A stretch of DNA of 60,307 nucleotides, from IMG/VR virus record IMGVR_UViG_3300006620_000021. One strand, written 5' to 3'. The position numbers and the translations under genes are program-made. The DNA comes from an uncultured virus (IMG/VR IMGVR_UViG_3300006620_000021). Lineage: Duplodnaviria > Heunggongvirae > Uroviricota > Caudoviricetes. Under the pieces are notes generated by a model, which saw only the letters and a program-made list of their open reading frames with translations, ran no database searches and was not told where the DNA came from. This document shows, piece by piece, positions 1-10,569 of this stretch (its first letter is position 1; each line of letters starts with the position of its first letter).

Positions 1-8
1 GGTTAGAA

Positions 9-533
9 ATGAATGAGAGACATTGGTCTTACAGAATTTTAAAACAGTGGTATTGCATATACCTAGGTCTGTCATTATTCGATCCTGAAGACTATGATGT
101 TGTAATTAAATGCAGAAGTGACTTCTCAACAAAGAACTTCAATATAAAAGATGGTGACATAGTTATCCCTGCATGGAAGGTTCATCCAGGTCCATGTGAA
201 CCAGAAGATTCATACATAGACTACTTCGCCCATGGCAAAGGATATTGGATGAAGCAATATTTCAAATGCTATGAGAAGATAAAAGAAATACATGACAATA
301 ATTGGGGTGATGTCTCTCTAGGAGAGACTCTAATCAAATCATACATCGATAGGTATATTGGCAAAGACCATATCAAGTTTGACTATGATATGGATTGGAT
401 GCTCAGGAATGAGATGTGGGCATCAGATTACAGAAGATTGTTTGAGATTGGAGATCCAGACAAACTACTCAAAGTTCCAGCCACTGAGAAGGATGCGTTG
501 ATCCTTGGTGGTAATCTGGGTTCTCAGGTTTGA
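9..533 (+). CDS. hypothetical protein, possibly glycosyltransferase-associated; probably 5'-truncated
   Basis: Frame is open to the window edge; YDVVIKCRSDF-type motif seen in sugar-island proteins; overlaps the next gene convergently by 65 nt. Confidence 0.45.
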   Translation: MNERHWSYRILKQWYCIYLGLSLFDPEDYDVVIKCRSDFSTKNFNIKDGDIVIPAWKVHPGPCEPEDSYIDYFAHGKGYWMKQYFKCYEKIKEIHDNNWGDVSLGETLIKSYIDRYIGKDHIKFDYDMDWMLRNEMWASDYRRLFEIGDPDKLLKVPATEKDALILGGNLGSQV

Positions 534-1146
534 GAGTAACCCTAACATCACCAGGAATAACAATCCTCTCACCTTTACGATCGGCAAACTGTTGGGTAAA
601 GTGTCCGACTTTACTAGGAAAAATAACTACTGTACCCTCTTTAGGGGTAATAGTATAAACATCACAGTTATATTTGTTATAACCACCGATCAGATTTCTC
701 TGAATCGCTGTAGTAAATAAATCTCCAACACACTCATTGGCATTATTCTCCTGAGCAACACAGAATTTATCTGAGGTCTCATCAGTATTCAAATAATATA
801 CAAAACTCAAATCAGAAGCATTATGATTGTGAGGTTTGACTGAGGGTGTCTCATTATCCTTATGATATCCAACCCATGACTTAATGATGTGATAATCCAA
901 CTTTGAATGATCAACAATCAGACAATCAAAGTAATTATCAATATGAGTTCTTAGTTCATTAAAGAAGGGTTTGCAACATTCTTTTTGATGAGCAAAGATT
1001 CTACCAGAATATTCTGGACTCTCATTCTCATACCCATTAAACCAATAGTCACGAAGTTCGTCAAGATGCTCTTTGATCATGTCGTGACACTCGACTTCCC
1101 CCTGATAAACCATCAGAGGGAATGCTTCATGTACCTTATAGGTCAT
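469..1146 (-). CDS. putative 2OG-Fe(II) oxygenase (TIGR02466-like)
   Basis: SW..PHNH..S.LSFVYY, P.EG.VVIFPS...H and C-terminal R motifs. Confidence 0.75.
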   Translation of the reverse strand: MTYKVHEAFPLMVYQGEVECHDMIKEHLDELRDYWFNGYENESPEYSGRIFAHQKECCKPFFNELRTHIDNYFDCLIVDHSKLDYHIIKSWVGYHKDNETPSVKPHNHNASDLSFVYYLNTDETSDKFCVAQENNANECVGDLFTTAIQRNLIGGYNKYNCDVYTITPKEGTVVIFPSKVGHFTQQFADRKGERIVIPGDVRVTLKPENPDYHQGSTHPSQWLEL

Positions 1147-1754
1147 TTGCCATTGATATTGTATTCCCTATTATCGCCTGGATAGTCCATTGCTGTCAAC
1201 CCCTGATATTCAGGAATATTTTTTGTAACATCCTTACGAACACCATGAACCATGAAGTCACAGTTAATTGCTGTGCCTGCGTTATTTTTAATTACAACTC
1301 TAGATCCCCATTCAATCTTTTCAACAAACAGTTCTTGCCAATGACCATTGGGAGTTAAAGTGATACCTAAACTCTCCATATCAACAAGATCTTTCCAGTA
1401 ATCTGGAAGTTGAATGTAAGATTCGTTTACGAGTTTACCTCTAAAATATACCTCTGCATCTGGTCCTTCCAGACAAATATATCTAAGTCTATGACCTTCT
1501 TTAGTTGGATGTGAGATATCAAAAGACTTCTTTGCATCCCAAATAGGTGCTTTTACGGATAAGATACCACCTGCCCATTTTAAATCTGTACATTGTACAA
1601 AGTCATGTCTCCTAAGTGGACATGCATCTGGTGGATATTCATTATCTCCTGTCCATGGATAGATGGGGAATCTCCAGTCACTAGTGGGAGCACCACTCCA
1701 TTTACCATCACAAGCAGGACTACCGTTCTGTTCTACTACAAATTCGTCAGACAT
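1143..1754 (-). CDS. baseplate/spike-associated structural protein, paralog of 1757..2527
   Basis: Shared C-terminal domain KKxFDIxHPxKEGxRLRxxCxEGP...LPDYW...IPEYxG...DYPG; downstream of gp5. Confidence 0.55.
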   Translation of the reverse strand: MSDEFVVEQNGSPACDGKWSGAPTSDWRFPIYPWTGDNEYPPDACPLRRHDFVQCTDLKWAGGILSVKAPIWDAKKSFDISHPTKEGHRLRYICLEGPDAEVYFRGKLVNESYIQLPDYWKDLVDMESLGITLTPNGHWQELFVEKIEWGSRVVIKNNAGTAINCDFMVHGVRKDVTKNIPEYQGLTAMDYPGDNREYNINGK

Positions 1755-1756
1755 AA

Positions 1757-2527
1757 TTACCTCTTCATATCATAGTGATATCCAGACACCGAATACTCAT
1801 CATTATTACCAGGATAATCTGCAGGTGTTGAACCCTCATACTCTGGAATAAGTCTCTCCCCGTCCATACGTTCACCAAAAATAAGGTAATGGCAGTTTAT
1901 TGGTCTTGTGGAGTGAAGTATTACTTTATTATCTTCGATAGACTGAATCATAATACTATTATTATTCCCTACTGGAGTTATTGATACCGTAATAGATTCG
2001 GGGTCAACAAATTCTCTCCAATAATCAGGCAGATCAATGATATGATTATTCTTTAATTTACCTCTTATGTATACGTCATTTGTTGGTCCTTCAGGACAGG
2101 TATGACGTAATCTCCAACCTTCTTTAGATGGGTGAGGAATGTCAAAATTCTTCTTCGCTGAGAGAATATGTACTCCACAACGAGACATAACCTCCCCTTG
2201 AGCAACGATATTCAAACCAGCATTAATACTAGCATTACAATCGATCATTCCCAAGAATGCTGATGGTCCAACCACAGCAAGTGAATATGGATTATTGATC
2301 CCAGTACACATGGCACCAGGAATAAAAGGAGGAACTACAATATCTGGGTTGATCGCTGGTCCAATATTTACATTACCATATAAAAATGGTGGAATCTGAC
2401 CAAACACTGCTGGAGATTCTACAAAAGCACCTCCTCTAATCTGAAGTGGTCCTTTGCCAAGAGGCAAACTTGGATCTCCCTCTCCAACATATAAAGTCTT
2501 TTTAACTTCTAAATCTGGTACTTTCAT
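1757..2527 (-). CDS. baseplate/spike-associated structural protein
   Basis: Beta-rich N-terminus plus the domain shared with 1143..1754; in the gp5 operon. Confidence 0.55.
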   Translation of the reverse strand: MKVPDLEVKKTLYVGEGDPSLPLGKGPLQIRGGAFVESPAVFGQIPPFLYGNVNIGPAINPDIVVPPFIPGAMCTGINNPYSLAVVGPSAFLGMIDCNASINAGLNIVAQGEVMSRCGVHILSAKKNFDIPHPSKEGWRLRHTCPEGPTNDVYIRGKLKNNHIIDLPDYWREFVDPESITVSITPVGNNNSIMIQSIEDNKVILHSTRPINCHYLIFGERMDGERLIPEYEGSTPADYPGNNDEYSVSGYHYDMKR

Positions 2528-3114
2528 TAAATAAATCCTCCTCCTCGTTGTTGAGTTTCAAATGCAGATGTTCCTTTAGACGGCAGTAATGTTGTAGAAG
2601 CGTCAGCACAATCAACCAATCCACCAAAAAAATTTAATGCGCTATTACCAACTATTTCGCATGTCCCTGAAGACAAGAACTTAGCAACAGCATCACCATT
2701 AATCTCAACGTTCTTACTGCGAACAATAATTTTTTCGTTAGATTCAATGTTAATTATACCACTCTTATTATCGTTCCCAGTTGCCTTTATGTCAACATTT
2801 CTAGCATCCATCCTAATTCTACCATTAGGTGCTCTAAGAATTATATCACCCAGAGCAGCATTTAGTACAAAAGATGTATCTTCTACTGGTTTTTCACCAC
2901 AATGTATTTGATATACACCAGGACACCTGTTGATAGTTCCTCCCTTCATTTTCCCAGAAGACATAAACGCCATATAGTGTTCAGATTGTCTCATTGGGTC
3001 ACCATTTCTAACCAAAACACCAGCATAGGTGTTATTCGGCAGGATATGACCAAATTTAATATGACCGAAGTCATTACCCAATTCTATTGGGTTATGTATT
3101 CTTGGACGTGACAT
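2527..3114 (-). CDS. gp5 C-terminal-like beta-helix (central spike) protein
   Basis: GDIILRAPNGRIRMDARNVDIKA beta-helix-like repeats; immediately downstream of gp5. Confidence 0.5.
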   Translation of the reverse strand: MSRPRIHNPIELGNDFGHIKFGHILPNNTYAGVLVRNGDPMRQSEHYMAFMSSGKMKGGTINRCPGVYQIHCGEKPVEDTSFVLNAALGDIILRAPNGRIRMDARNVDIKATGNDNKSGIINIESNEKIIVRSKNVEINGDAVAKFLSSGTCEIVGNSALNFFGGLVDCADASTTLLPSKGTSAFETQQRGGGFI

Positions 3115-3125
3115 GAGTTACTAGA

Positions 3126-6032
3126 TTAGTATCCGTATCCACCACCACCTGACGGTGGAGATGGTGGAGGAGAAGATGGTGGTGCTGCAGGAGGTGCCGC
3201 AGGAGGTGCTGCGGGAGGTGCTGCTGGTGGTGCCGCTGATGGAGGTGCTGCAGATGGAGGTGCTGCAGATGGTGATGCTGGTTGAGAGGTTGGTTGAGCA
3301 CCCTCTTCCATATCATTTTCATTTCCACCATCTCCTCCAGAAATTGTCATTCCACTAGAAGAATCTACAGAAGATACACTAGAAGAAGATCCTTGATCAA
3401 TAGTTCGGGTGTCTGGTGCTCCAGAATTTATCTGTCTCAGTAAACTTCCATCCCATCCAAATCTATTGTCATAATTTTGAACACTTTCGCCAACAGTGTC
3501 GTATATGAATGGATGTGGTCTTCCTTCATAATCCCTATGATTTCTACCAACCATCTTACGACCCCTATGCATATGGAAGTCTCCATAGTATGGTTTTCCA
3601 TTAACATATCCAACAAACTCTCTAGAATCAACATTACCAACACAATCAACAACATTAATTGCATTTTGAATGAGATCTCTCGAATCTAATGGATTGCCTT
3701 CAGTATCATCACCGAGTCTATCAACACAGAAAATTGGTGTCAATTCTGCATTATACCCAGTATCAGACTTAATGTAAATCCTAGGTCTTTCAACAAATCC
3801 TCTACCACTCTTAACAATTTTTACACCATCTAATACACCAAACGGACCCCATACAGGAACAATTTCTGCACCTTGATTGGGTTCGATAATAATTTTATCA
3901 TCGTAAGAATAGTTAATTCCAGCACTCTCAATATCAATAGCACAGAGATATAGTATTACAGGATAAGTACCAACATCTAATGTTGGATATGTATCAAATA
4001 CAGTTTCTCCATTTGGTCCCGTTCCAGGAATCTTAGTTATTCCATCAAGTCTACCTTTACGGTCATCTATTGTCTCTGGAAGTTTGTCAGAAATATCTCT
4101 ACCAGTACCATCTCCATCTTTATCTGGATCTTTGGGAGTGGGAAGACCCCCTGGACCTGGATCTGGTTTAACGTAATCACCAATATATGGTTTATCGTCT
4201 GGTCTAATTACGATAGTCGGTGGTTCATCTGGATCCTCTGTTCCAGGTATGGGAATATTAAGATCATCTTCAGATGTTCCAGGAGGATATTTCTCCCATC
4301 TTCCATCTGGTCTTTTTATTACTGTCCAATCTTTAGGTGCCCATACTCTACCATCTCCACCCATATCACCATCTGGTCTTGGGATAAATCCATCACCTGG
4401 ATCATCAATAACTACTCTAACTACTTGATATGTTGGTTGATTAGTTTCTGGATCAGTATTTCCATCTGGTTCTACTTCAGCATGCGCTCTTACTCCCGAT
4501 CCCTTCCCACAAGAATCACTAATATCTACAAAAGGTGCTTTTCTATATCCCAAACCCTGTGCTTTTATATCAATACCTAAAATATCACCTACTGCACTAG
4601 TGATTACATTTCCACTAGCACCACTACCACCAGCACCCCAAAAAGTAATCTGAGGAGGACCACAGAATATTGGACCAACATTACACTGATTTGCAGAATT
4701 AATCGCACCGTTGATTAGATCACCAAAATCCATCAATCCAAGATTATCGATATCAACTAAATCAGAAGTGTTCTTGGCAAGATCTTTTGCCTGATTGATA
4801 ACACCATCAATATCAAAACTTGCTGGTGGTTTAGCACCATCAAATATGCTCCACTCTTTTGCGTCAGGACACTCTTGATTTTCTTCGCAAGCGAGAAATC
4901 CCGCAATACCTGTCAAAATACCTAAAATACTACCAACAAGACTAAAAGCACCACCAATCAAACCAGATAGTTTACCGATTAAAGAATCAATAGCACCAGA
5001 TAAACCACCAAGAAGATTGCCAAGAAGCGATCCAACAAAATTTTGAACTGCACATGCTGGAACGTTAATATAACGATCCATCATCTGACCCAAAAAATTA
5101 CCCGCTAAAGATTTCAAATTACCAATCATTTTGTTGAAAAGACAAACAATCAATTCAACAAGAGCGTCTTTTGCAACCTTTGCCTTGTCTCTGTCTGGTG
5201 GATTAAGTAGTTCGTAAAGTTTTTTAGTTTCTTCGTTGAGTTTTTCTACAACAAACTTACGAATGTTTTTAAATAGGTCTTTTAAACCAAGAGCAATAAA
5301 ATTGGACGCTTCACTAATCTTTTCTTGAATCCACTCCTGCTTCTCTGAGATCCAACCTTGTGCAGCATCTTCCCATGTATTAAGTTGATTTTGCGCCCTC
5401 TCAATTTTTTGAATCAACTCCGTCATTGATTTTTGAATGGAGTTCATTGGGGCTTTATCACAATCAGTAGGTGATGCAACAGGGAACGCAGGTTCCTGCA
5501 TCATCGCAGTATCTGATAATGTTTTCATATTGGGATGGAATAATCCCTCAAGAGGTTTTCCCGACGAAGCAGGAATAGAATATCCTGCAACTAAATCAGA
5601 ACTTTTATACCCACTAAAAGGAATAAATCCATTATTTGATGGTTGTTCTTCAGGCAATAATAATTGATCAGTGTTTGGATATGTTCCAAGTTGAATTGGA
5701 TCTTCATGCTTTTGAGGATTTCCCCAAATACCAAAAACCCTACTTCCCTGAGTAACTCCAATACTTAAACCAGTTCTTTTATGCCCAGTACCAGTATTAG
5801 TACCACTAATACGGACCCAAGGTAATTGATCATCTGGGAGTATGGTTTTATCTGCTGGATGAATTCCCTGAATCCTAACTTTTACACGGTAACCCCAGTT
5901 GAGTAGATCACCCCGATCACCAACTAATTCTTCATCCCTCTCCCAAACTTCTCTAGGCGCAACAATTCCTTCCCAATAGTTCCATGGTGTACCAGCGTCA
6001 AAATAATTTGATCCTAAGGTCCAGCTGCTCAT
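3126..6032 (-). CDS. gp5: baseplate hub subunit gp5-like (OB-fold N-terminus; no lysozyme domain recognised)
   Basis: WEGIV...YRVKVRIQGIHP...LPDDQLPW...VFG OB-fold motif of T4 gp5. Confidence 0.8.
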   Translation of the reverse strand: MSSWTLGSNYFDAGTPWNYWEGIVAPREVWERDEELVGDRGDLLNWGYRVKVRIQGIHPADKTILPDDQLPWVRISGTNTGTGHKRTGLSIGVTQGSRVFGIWGNPQKHEDPIQLGTYPNTDQLLLPEEQPSNNGFIPFSGYKSSDLVAGYSIPASSGKPLEGLFHPNMKTLSDTAMMQEPAFPVASPTDCDKAPMNSIQKSMTELIQKIERAQNQLNTWEDAAQGWISEKQEWIQEKISEASNFIALGLKDLFKNIRKFVVEKLNEETKKLYELLNPPDRDKAKVAKDALVELIVCLFNKMIGNLKSLAGNFLGQMMDRYINVPACAVQNFVGSLLGNLLGGLSGAIDSLIGKLSGLIGGAFSLVGSILGILTGIAGFLACEENQECPDAKEWSIFDGAKPPASFDIDGVINQAKDLAKNTSDLVDIDNLGLMDFGDLINGAINSANQCNVGPIFCGPPQITFWGAGGSGASGNVITSAVGDILGIDIKAQGLGYRKAPFVDISDSCGKGSGVRAHAEVEPDGNTDPETNQPTYQVVRVVIDDPGDGFIPRPDGDMGGDGRVWAPKDWTVIKRPDGRWEKYPPGTSEDDLNIPIPGTEDPDEPPTIVIRPDDKPYIGDYVKPDPGPGGLPTPKDPDKDGDGTGRDISDKLPETIDDRKGRLDGITKIPGTGPNGETVFDTYPTLDVGTYPVILYLCAIDIESAGINYSYDDKIIIEPNQGAEIVPVWGPFGVLDGVKIVKSGRGFVERPRIYIKSDTGYNAELTPIFCVDRLGDDTEGNPLDSRDLIQNAINVVDCVGNVDSREFVGYVNGKPYYGDFHMHRGRKMVGRNHRDYEGRPHPFIYDTVGESVQNYDNRFGWDGSLLRQINSGAPDTRTIDQGSSSSVSSVDSSSGMTISGGDGGNENDMEEGAQPTSQPASPSAAPPSAAPPSAAPPAAPPAAPPAAPPAAPPSSPPPSPPSGGGGYGY
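3137..3300 (-). repeat. low-complexity 12/15-nt repeats encoding (S)AAPP units and a GGGG tail
   Basis: Tandem ggaggtgctgcagat and ggaggtgc(c/t)gc units. Confidence 0.85.
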
Positions 6033-6040
6033 ATACTATC

Positions 6041-6268
6041 TCAATCTTCGTAAACTAAACACTCGGGTTCTGAAGGGTTCTGATCACAATAAAGTTCAAG
6101 GTATGATGGATCATGATGATCTCCTGCCTCGATGTCTTTCTTATGATGCTCAACATAGTCCTCCAATTCATGCAATTCGCCTTCAATATGACGACGCATT
6201 TGTGGATTCGTTGTAGGATCTTCTAGGATCTCTTTATCTTTCTTGATGTGTGCTTCGATGCTTTCCAT
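6041..6268 (-). CDS. cp12: CP12 Calvin-cycle inhibitor (marine picocyanobacterial/cyanophage type)
   Basis: RRHIEGEL..LE.Y and C-terminal DPSYLELYCDQNPSEPECLVYED with the C-terminal Cys pair. Confidence 0.93.
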   Translation of the reverse strand: MESIEAHIKKDKEILEDPTTNPQMRRHIEGELHELEDYVEHHKKDIEAGDHHDPSYLELYCDQNPSEPECLVYED

Positions 6269-6290
6269 ATGTTGTATGGTTTCTTTTGTG

Positions 6291-6297
6291 TATTTAT
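6291..6297 (-). promoter_or_regulatory. T4-type late promoter core (ATAAATA) upstream of cp12/gp5
   Basis: ATAAATA in the intergenic region 23 nt upstream of the cp12 start. Confidence 0.65.
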
Positions 6298-6306
6298 GTG
6301 GTTATT

Positions 6307-7914
6307 CTAATCCAAACCTAGATATTCGTCAGTATTTAAGTTAGAGTTTTCTGACTGATTGTCATCTAAGTTAGCATTAATTCTAGTTTTATCAGTAGTT
6401 CTACCAGATCTATCCCTAGTTTGATTACTATTCAAATCATTTACTAAGTCAAATATTCCTTGATTTAAATTAAGATCACTGAATAAAGAACTAGAATCAT
6501 AGGGATTTACTCTTCCAGTGCCTGGAAGTGCTCGATTAAGATCAGTAAAGTTACCCTTACTAGCATTGGCAAGAGAGGTTCCTCCTTGTGCTCCAACACT
6601 ACTATTCGCTTGCCTTCCAAACGAATCCCTTACAATGTGCATCCTAGTAAAAATGGTCTTTGATGTCAACTGTGTGCATATATCTGCAATCATAAACTTG
6701 CCACTAAGTTCTTTATCAATACCACCCTCTTTTTTTGAACTCTGCTCGGGAAAATCACAATGAATAATATCCCCAGCCCTCAAAGAGTAATCTCCAGTAA
6801 TAGTAACCTTCATACTCATTGTAAATAATTTATTATATGTCATCGATGATTGAACGATAACTTCTTCCAATACCAAATTCGGATCTGTCTTCTTCTCAAT
6901 CTGCTCAGTCACACTGCCCTCTGGCAATTCTCCTACAGAATCAATTTTTGTAAATCTTCTGGATAATAAAGCACCATCCGTCGCAAATGCATCTGCAATT
7001 TCTTTTGATAGGGTTGGCATCTGTATACCACCATGCACTTTTTGCTCTTCAGTCTCAATTTCCTGCGCTTTTGTATTAAAAATATGACTATAAGTATTGA
7101 TAGTTTCCAACCTAGAACCATATGTTCCAGTTGCTAAGTTCTTCTCAACATCTATTGTAGTGTCAGCATCATATCTAAGAATTTTACCATCATATCCACT
7201 AGGTAATTTTGTACTGCTATTGTAGATATAAGACTTATGTCCAGCTTCATCTTCAAAGAGATTGTCAATTGATCTAAAATTATATCCATCATATGTTTCA
7301 AATATCAAATATCCTGCAGACTCTTTAGATGCTTGAGATACACCTTTTGTAGCAATCTCTGCAAGTAATCTAAATGGTTTTTTACCTTCACCAATAAAAT
7401 TATAATTATTTGCTGTAGCATCAACCGAAATAGACTTAGATGTTTTTAATATCTCCCTCAATATAATCTCTGCAGATTGACTAATCTCACCATCAAATCT
7501 ACGATAAACCTCTGTTGACAGTAAATCATTTGCTATCAACTCTTTATTCATTAATTCCAACGTATATATGGTGCTCTCCGAAGAAGATACAATATTCCTA
7601 ATCTCCCTAATATACATTGCATTATCATCTGCAAATTTCAACCTATTACTTTGATTATCTGAAATAGTAATATGACACTTTTCAGAACCCTCAAGTTTTA
7701 ATTCCTGCAATACTGTGATTGCCTCTCCACCCTTATCACTACTACCAGAATCAACAATTACAGCAACAAAACGAACTGATCCATCAAGAATACTCTCGTA
7801 ATAATTTAAAGAAATAACACCAGGACCAACATCAGCAGAACGCCCAGTCTTATTTGAGAATATTACAAATTCTAAGATATTGCCTGATTCGGCACATTGT
7901 AGTGGTGATGCCAT
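6307..7914 (-). CDS. baseplate hub/tail protein (gp27-like)
   Basis: YYESILD, GYLIFETYDGYNFRSID and ITGDYSLRAGDII...SGKFMI hub motifs; synteny before gp5. Confidence 0.7.
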   Translation of the reverse strand: MASPLQCAESGNILEFVIFSNKTGRSADVGPGVISLNYYESILDGSVRFVAVIVDSGSSDKGGEAITVLQELKLEGSEKCHITISDNQSNRLKFADDNAMYIREIRNIVSSSESTIYTLELMNKELIANDLLSTEVYRRFDGEISQSAEIILREILKTSKSISVDATANNYNFIGEGKKPFRLLAEIATKGVSQASKESAGYLIFETYDGYNFRSIDNLFEDEAGHKSYIYNSSTKLPSGYDGKILRYDADTTIDVEKNLATGTYGSRLETINTYSHIFNTKAQEIETEEQKVHGGIQMPTLSKEIADAFATDGALLSRRFTKIDSVGELPEGSVTEQIEKKTDPNLVLEEVIVQSSMTYNKLFTMSMKVTITGDYSLRAGDIIHCDFPEQSSKKEGGIDKELSGKFMIADICTQLTSKTIFTRMHIVRDSFGRQANSSVGAQGGTSLANASKGNFTDLNRALPGTGRVNPYDSSSLFSDLNLNQGIFDLVNDLNSNQTRDRSGRTTDKTRINANLDDNQSENSNLNTDEYLGLD

Positions 7915-10568
7915 TATCCTATTGCGGTGGTTGGGATTGCAGGTTTAGATGGTTTACCTGATATACCTGAACTGCTAGCAGTACGTTGTGTGATAGTTTT
8001 AATGCGAGTGGTCTCAGTATTAACTATCACAATTTCTGTTCCTCTCGTCTCATATGGTGCCTCAGTTTCAATTCCTTCAGCATTATTAGTGCGTTGAACA
8101 GGGTTTATTGCCACTTTTGGTAGTTCTGCACCATATGTATTTACCCAGTTACCAGGATCTACGTAACTAGTGAACTGACCGTTTGCAGCAGGTGCAGATT
8201 TAGATATCTCCCAATGTAAGTGAGGATCATACTTGTTTAAGTTACCAGCACCAGATCCACCAACATTTGCGAGCAATGCACCTGCCTTAAATTTATCGCC
8301 AACCTTTAAACCAGGTGGTCTATTTAAGTGCCCAAAGAAGTGATATGCACCATGCACAGAATCTTTCCACACAATCCAATATCCATAACTACCATCCTTA
8401 GATCCACCAAGTTGAGTGTTAGTGTGAGTCACCTCACCATCTAGATATGCATACATTGGAGTGTCAGTGGGAGCACCAATATCATATCCTTTATGATCAC
8501 TATCAGTACTCCTTCTATATCCTTTACCAGATGTAATTTCGGCTCCAGACCCCGCTTTAAATGGACTATAGGATATCGACAAGTCGGATTGCTCTTCACC
8601 ATCATATCTGACAGTTCCAGAAGTTCCTGAAAGTGCTATGAGTTTTTCATCTGCAGCAAGAGTCTGTCCTGCCCTAGTCGGCATTCTGGAATCTCCACTA
8701 CCAAGAGATAAATCATTGGCAGTATCACGTTGTTGATCTCTAACTCCAGCAGCGATAGATGATCTCTTAAGTGTTCCAAAAATTTCCGCCTGCTTCTCAA
8801 TAATATCGCGAGCAAATCCTTGTTGAAGTTGTCTAACAGTATCTTTAACTCTCCTGTCTCTCTCAATAGGCGAAAAACCTTTTACAAGTCCACCTTTAGA
8901 GAACTTTTGAATAATCTGTCTCAACATTGCCATTGGTGCTGGCAGTGCAGCATCAAAGAAATTCACCATATTCTTAGCAATATCCTGTATGGTTTTATTG
9001 GATACTGTTTTTCCACTCAGAATATCGATACCAAGACTCATAATCTTGGATATCATAGATGTTCTGCCAGCAGATATTTTTTGCCTAGCTTTTGTTAAAA
9101 ATTCAAAAGCACCACCCTTCTTCTTCAAATCACCAAAGACTCTTTCAAATAAAGTCTTTTTAGTTGGAGCGGGTGCATCGCTGACTTTTGGAGTAGGACT
9201 TACTCTAAATTTGTTTACTCGTCTCTGATTATCTCGCTCTCTTTCTTTTCTTAACTTCTCTTCCTCATCTTGGGATTTTCCAATCTCACCTCCCCGCTCT
9301 CTTCCTTCAGTCCCTTCAGGAACATCAACAGGTTTTTTGTTATCAAAGAACGTATCATATAACCACTTTCCTGCGGCATCACCTGCAAGACCACCTAAAG
9401 CAGCACCAACAAAGTTTCCTGCAACAGGAATGACTGATCCTGCCGTTGCACCGAGAGCACCAAGAATAGTACTACCAATAGCAGCAAACGCAGATCTACC
9501 AAGAGGTTCTTTAAATACAAAATAATTTAAAGCAAAATCAATCAGTCCACCAATGATGGGTATTCTCTTAACAACTGGACTAATGAAGTTTTTAAGGATT
9601 CCCAATGCTGTCCTTGTACCACCTCTACCAAGAACAGCTACTGCAGCTCTTCTAGCAACATTAGTAGCACCAGATCTGGCATACCTGCCACCCAAGCTTT
9701 GAACTGCATCTGGTCCAAATCTTTTTATTGCAGCGTCTCTTCCATACCTATCAGCAAATCTTCTAGCAGCAGAAGCAGTAGTGCCACCTCTTGTGACTCT
9801 ACCTGCTTGATTACGCATACCTTGTATGCCTGTTTGATTTCTACCACCAGGACCTCCACGTCTTCTACCAAGACCTAAATCACTTCCACCAGTGCTCAAC
9901 ATCGCAGCGATGATGGCAAGGTTCATGAACTTTGTAAATGTTCCCTGGAACTCCTTAAACTTTTTAAGACCTTCATCACCAAATAATTCCTCAACCTTAT
10001 CTTCTGCTTTTGCTTTAATATCATAAGCACCATCAATAAATCCAACAAATCCATTGAAGACATCACCTATAAATCCTTCAATCCAAGTAGCAATCGGTTT
10101 TATTCTCTCAAGAAATGCAGAAAATTGTGGGGCAAATTTGATTAACCTATAAGTCAACCACCCCAAAAATAAAGATCCTAAAAAGTTTTTAATCCTAGTA
10201 AAGAATGGTACTTGAGGAAGAGATATACCTCCCCTCTTCTTTTCTTTCTTATCATCTCCCTTCTCTAACTCATTTTCTCTACCAACTCTTTTAGTTTTTT
10301 CCTTTCTTTTACGTTCATCTCTAAATTGTTTTAAATCTATTTTTACACTCTTTCTCAGAACTGCTTTAATTTTTGTAGTAGATGTACGAATTGCAGCAAC
10401 ATCATCTTCCAGAGTACTCTTAAGTTTCTCCTCCTTTTTGCCACCCTCAACCTCTGGCATCGCAAACTTTCCTTGCGGAGAGTATGGAACCAATGAAGAT
10501 TTTGGAATTACACCTTTAACTATAGCTCCACCTGAAGATGGTAAAAACTTTTGTGCATTAACTGCCAT
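7914..10568 (-). CDS. tail-associated/tape-measure-like protein with C-terminal M23 peptidase
   Basis: Helical and hydrophobic Gly/Ala-rich segments; HKGYD (HxxxD) and PHLHWE (HxH) M23 motifs. Confidence 0.78.
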   Translation of the reverse strand: MAVNAQKFLPSSGGAIVKGVIPKSSLVPYSPQGKFAMPEVEGGKKEEKLKSTLEDDVAAIRTSTTKIKAVLRKSVKIDLKQFRDERKRKEKTKRVGRENELEKGDDKKEKKRGGISLPQVPFFTRIKNFLGSLFLGWLTYRLIKFAPQFSAFLERIKPIATWIEGFIGDVFNGFVGFIDGAYDIKAKAEDKVEELFGDEGLKKFKEFQGTFTKFMNLAIIAAMLSTGGSDLGLGRRRGGPGGRNQTGIQGMRNQAGRVTRGGTTASAARRFADRYGRDAAIKRFGPDAVQSLGGRYARSGATNVARRAAVAVLGRGGTRTALGILKNFISPVVKRIPIIGGLIDFALNYFVFKEPLGRSAFAAIGSTILGALGATAGSVIPVAGNFVGAALGGLAGDAAGKWLYDTFFDNKKPVDVPEGTEGRERGGEIGKSQDEEEKLRKERERDNQRRVNKFRVSPTPKVSDAPAPTKKTLFERVFGDLKKKGGAFEFLTKARQKISAGRTSMISKIMSLGIDILSGKTVSNKTIQDIAKNMVNFFDAALPAPMAMLRQIIQKFSKGGLVKGFSPIERDRRVKDTVRQLQQGFARDIIEKQAEIFGTLKRSSIAAGVRDQQRDTANDLSLGSGDSRMPTRAGQTLAADEKLIALSGTSGTVRYDGEEQSDLSISYSPFKAGSGAEITSGKGYRRSTDSDHKGYDIGAPTDTPMYAYLDGEVTHTNTQLGGSKDGSYGYWIVWKDSVHGAYHFFGHLNRPPGLKVGDKFKAGALLANVGGSGAGNLNKYDPHLHWEISKSAPAANGQFTSYVDPGNWVNTYGAELPKVAINPVQRTNNAEGIETEAPYETRGTEIVIVNTETTRIKTITQRTASSSGISGKPSKPAIPTTAIG

Positions 10569-10569
10569 C

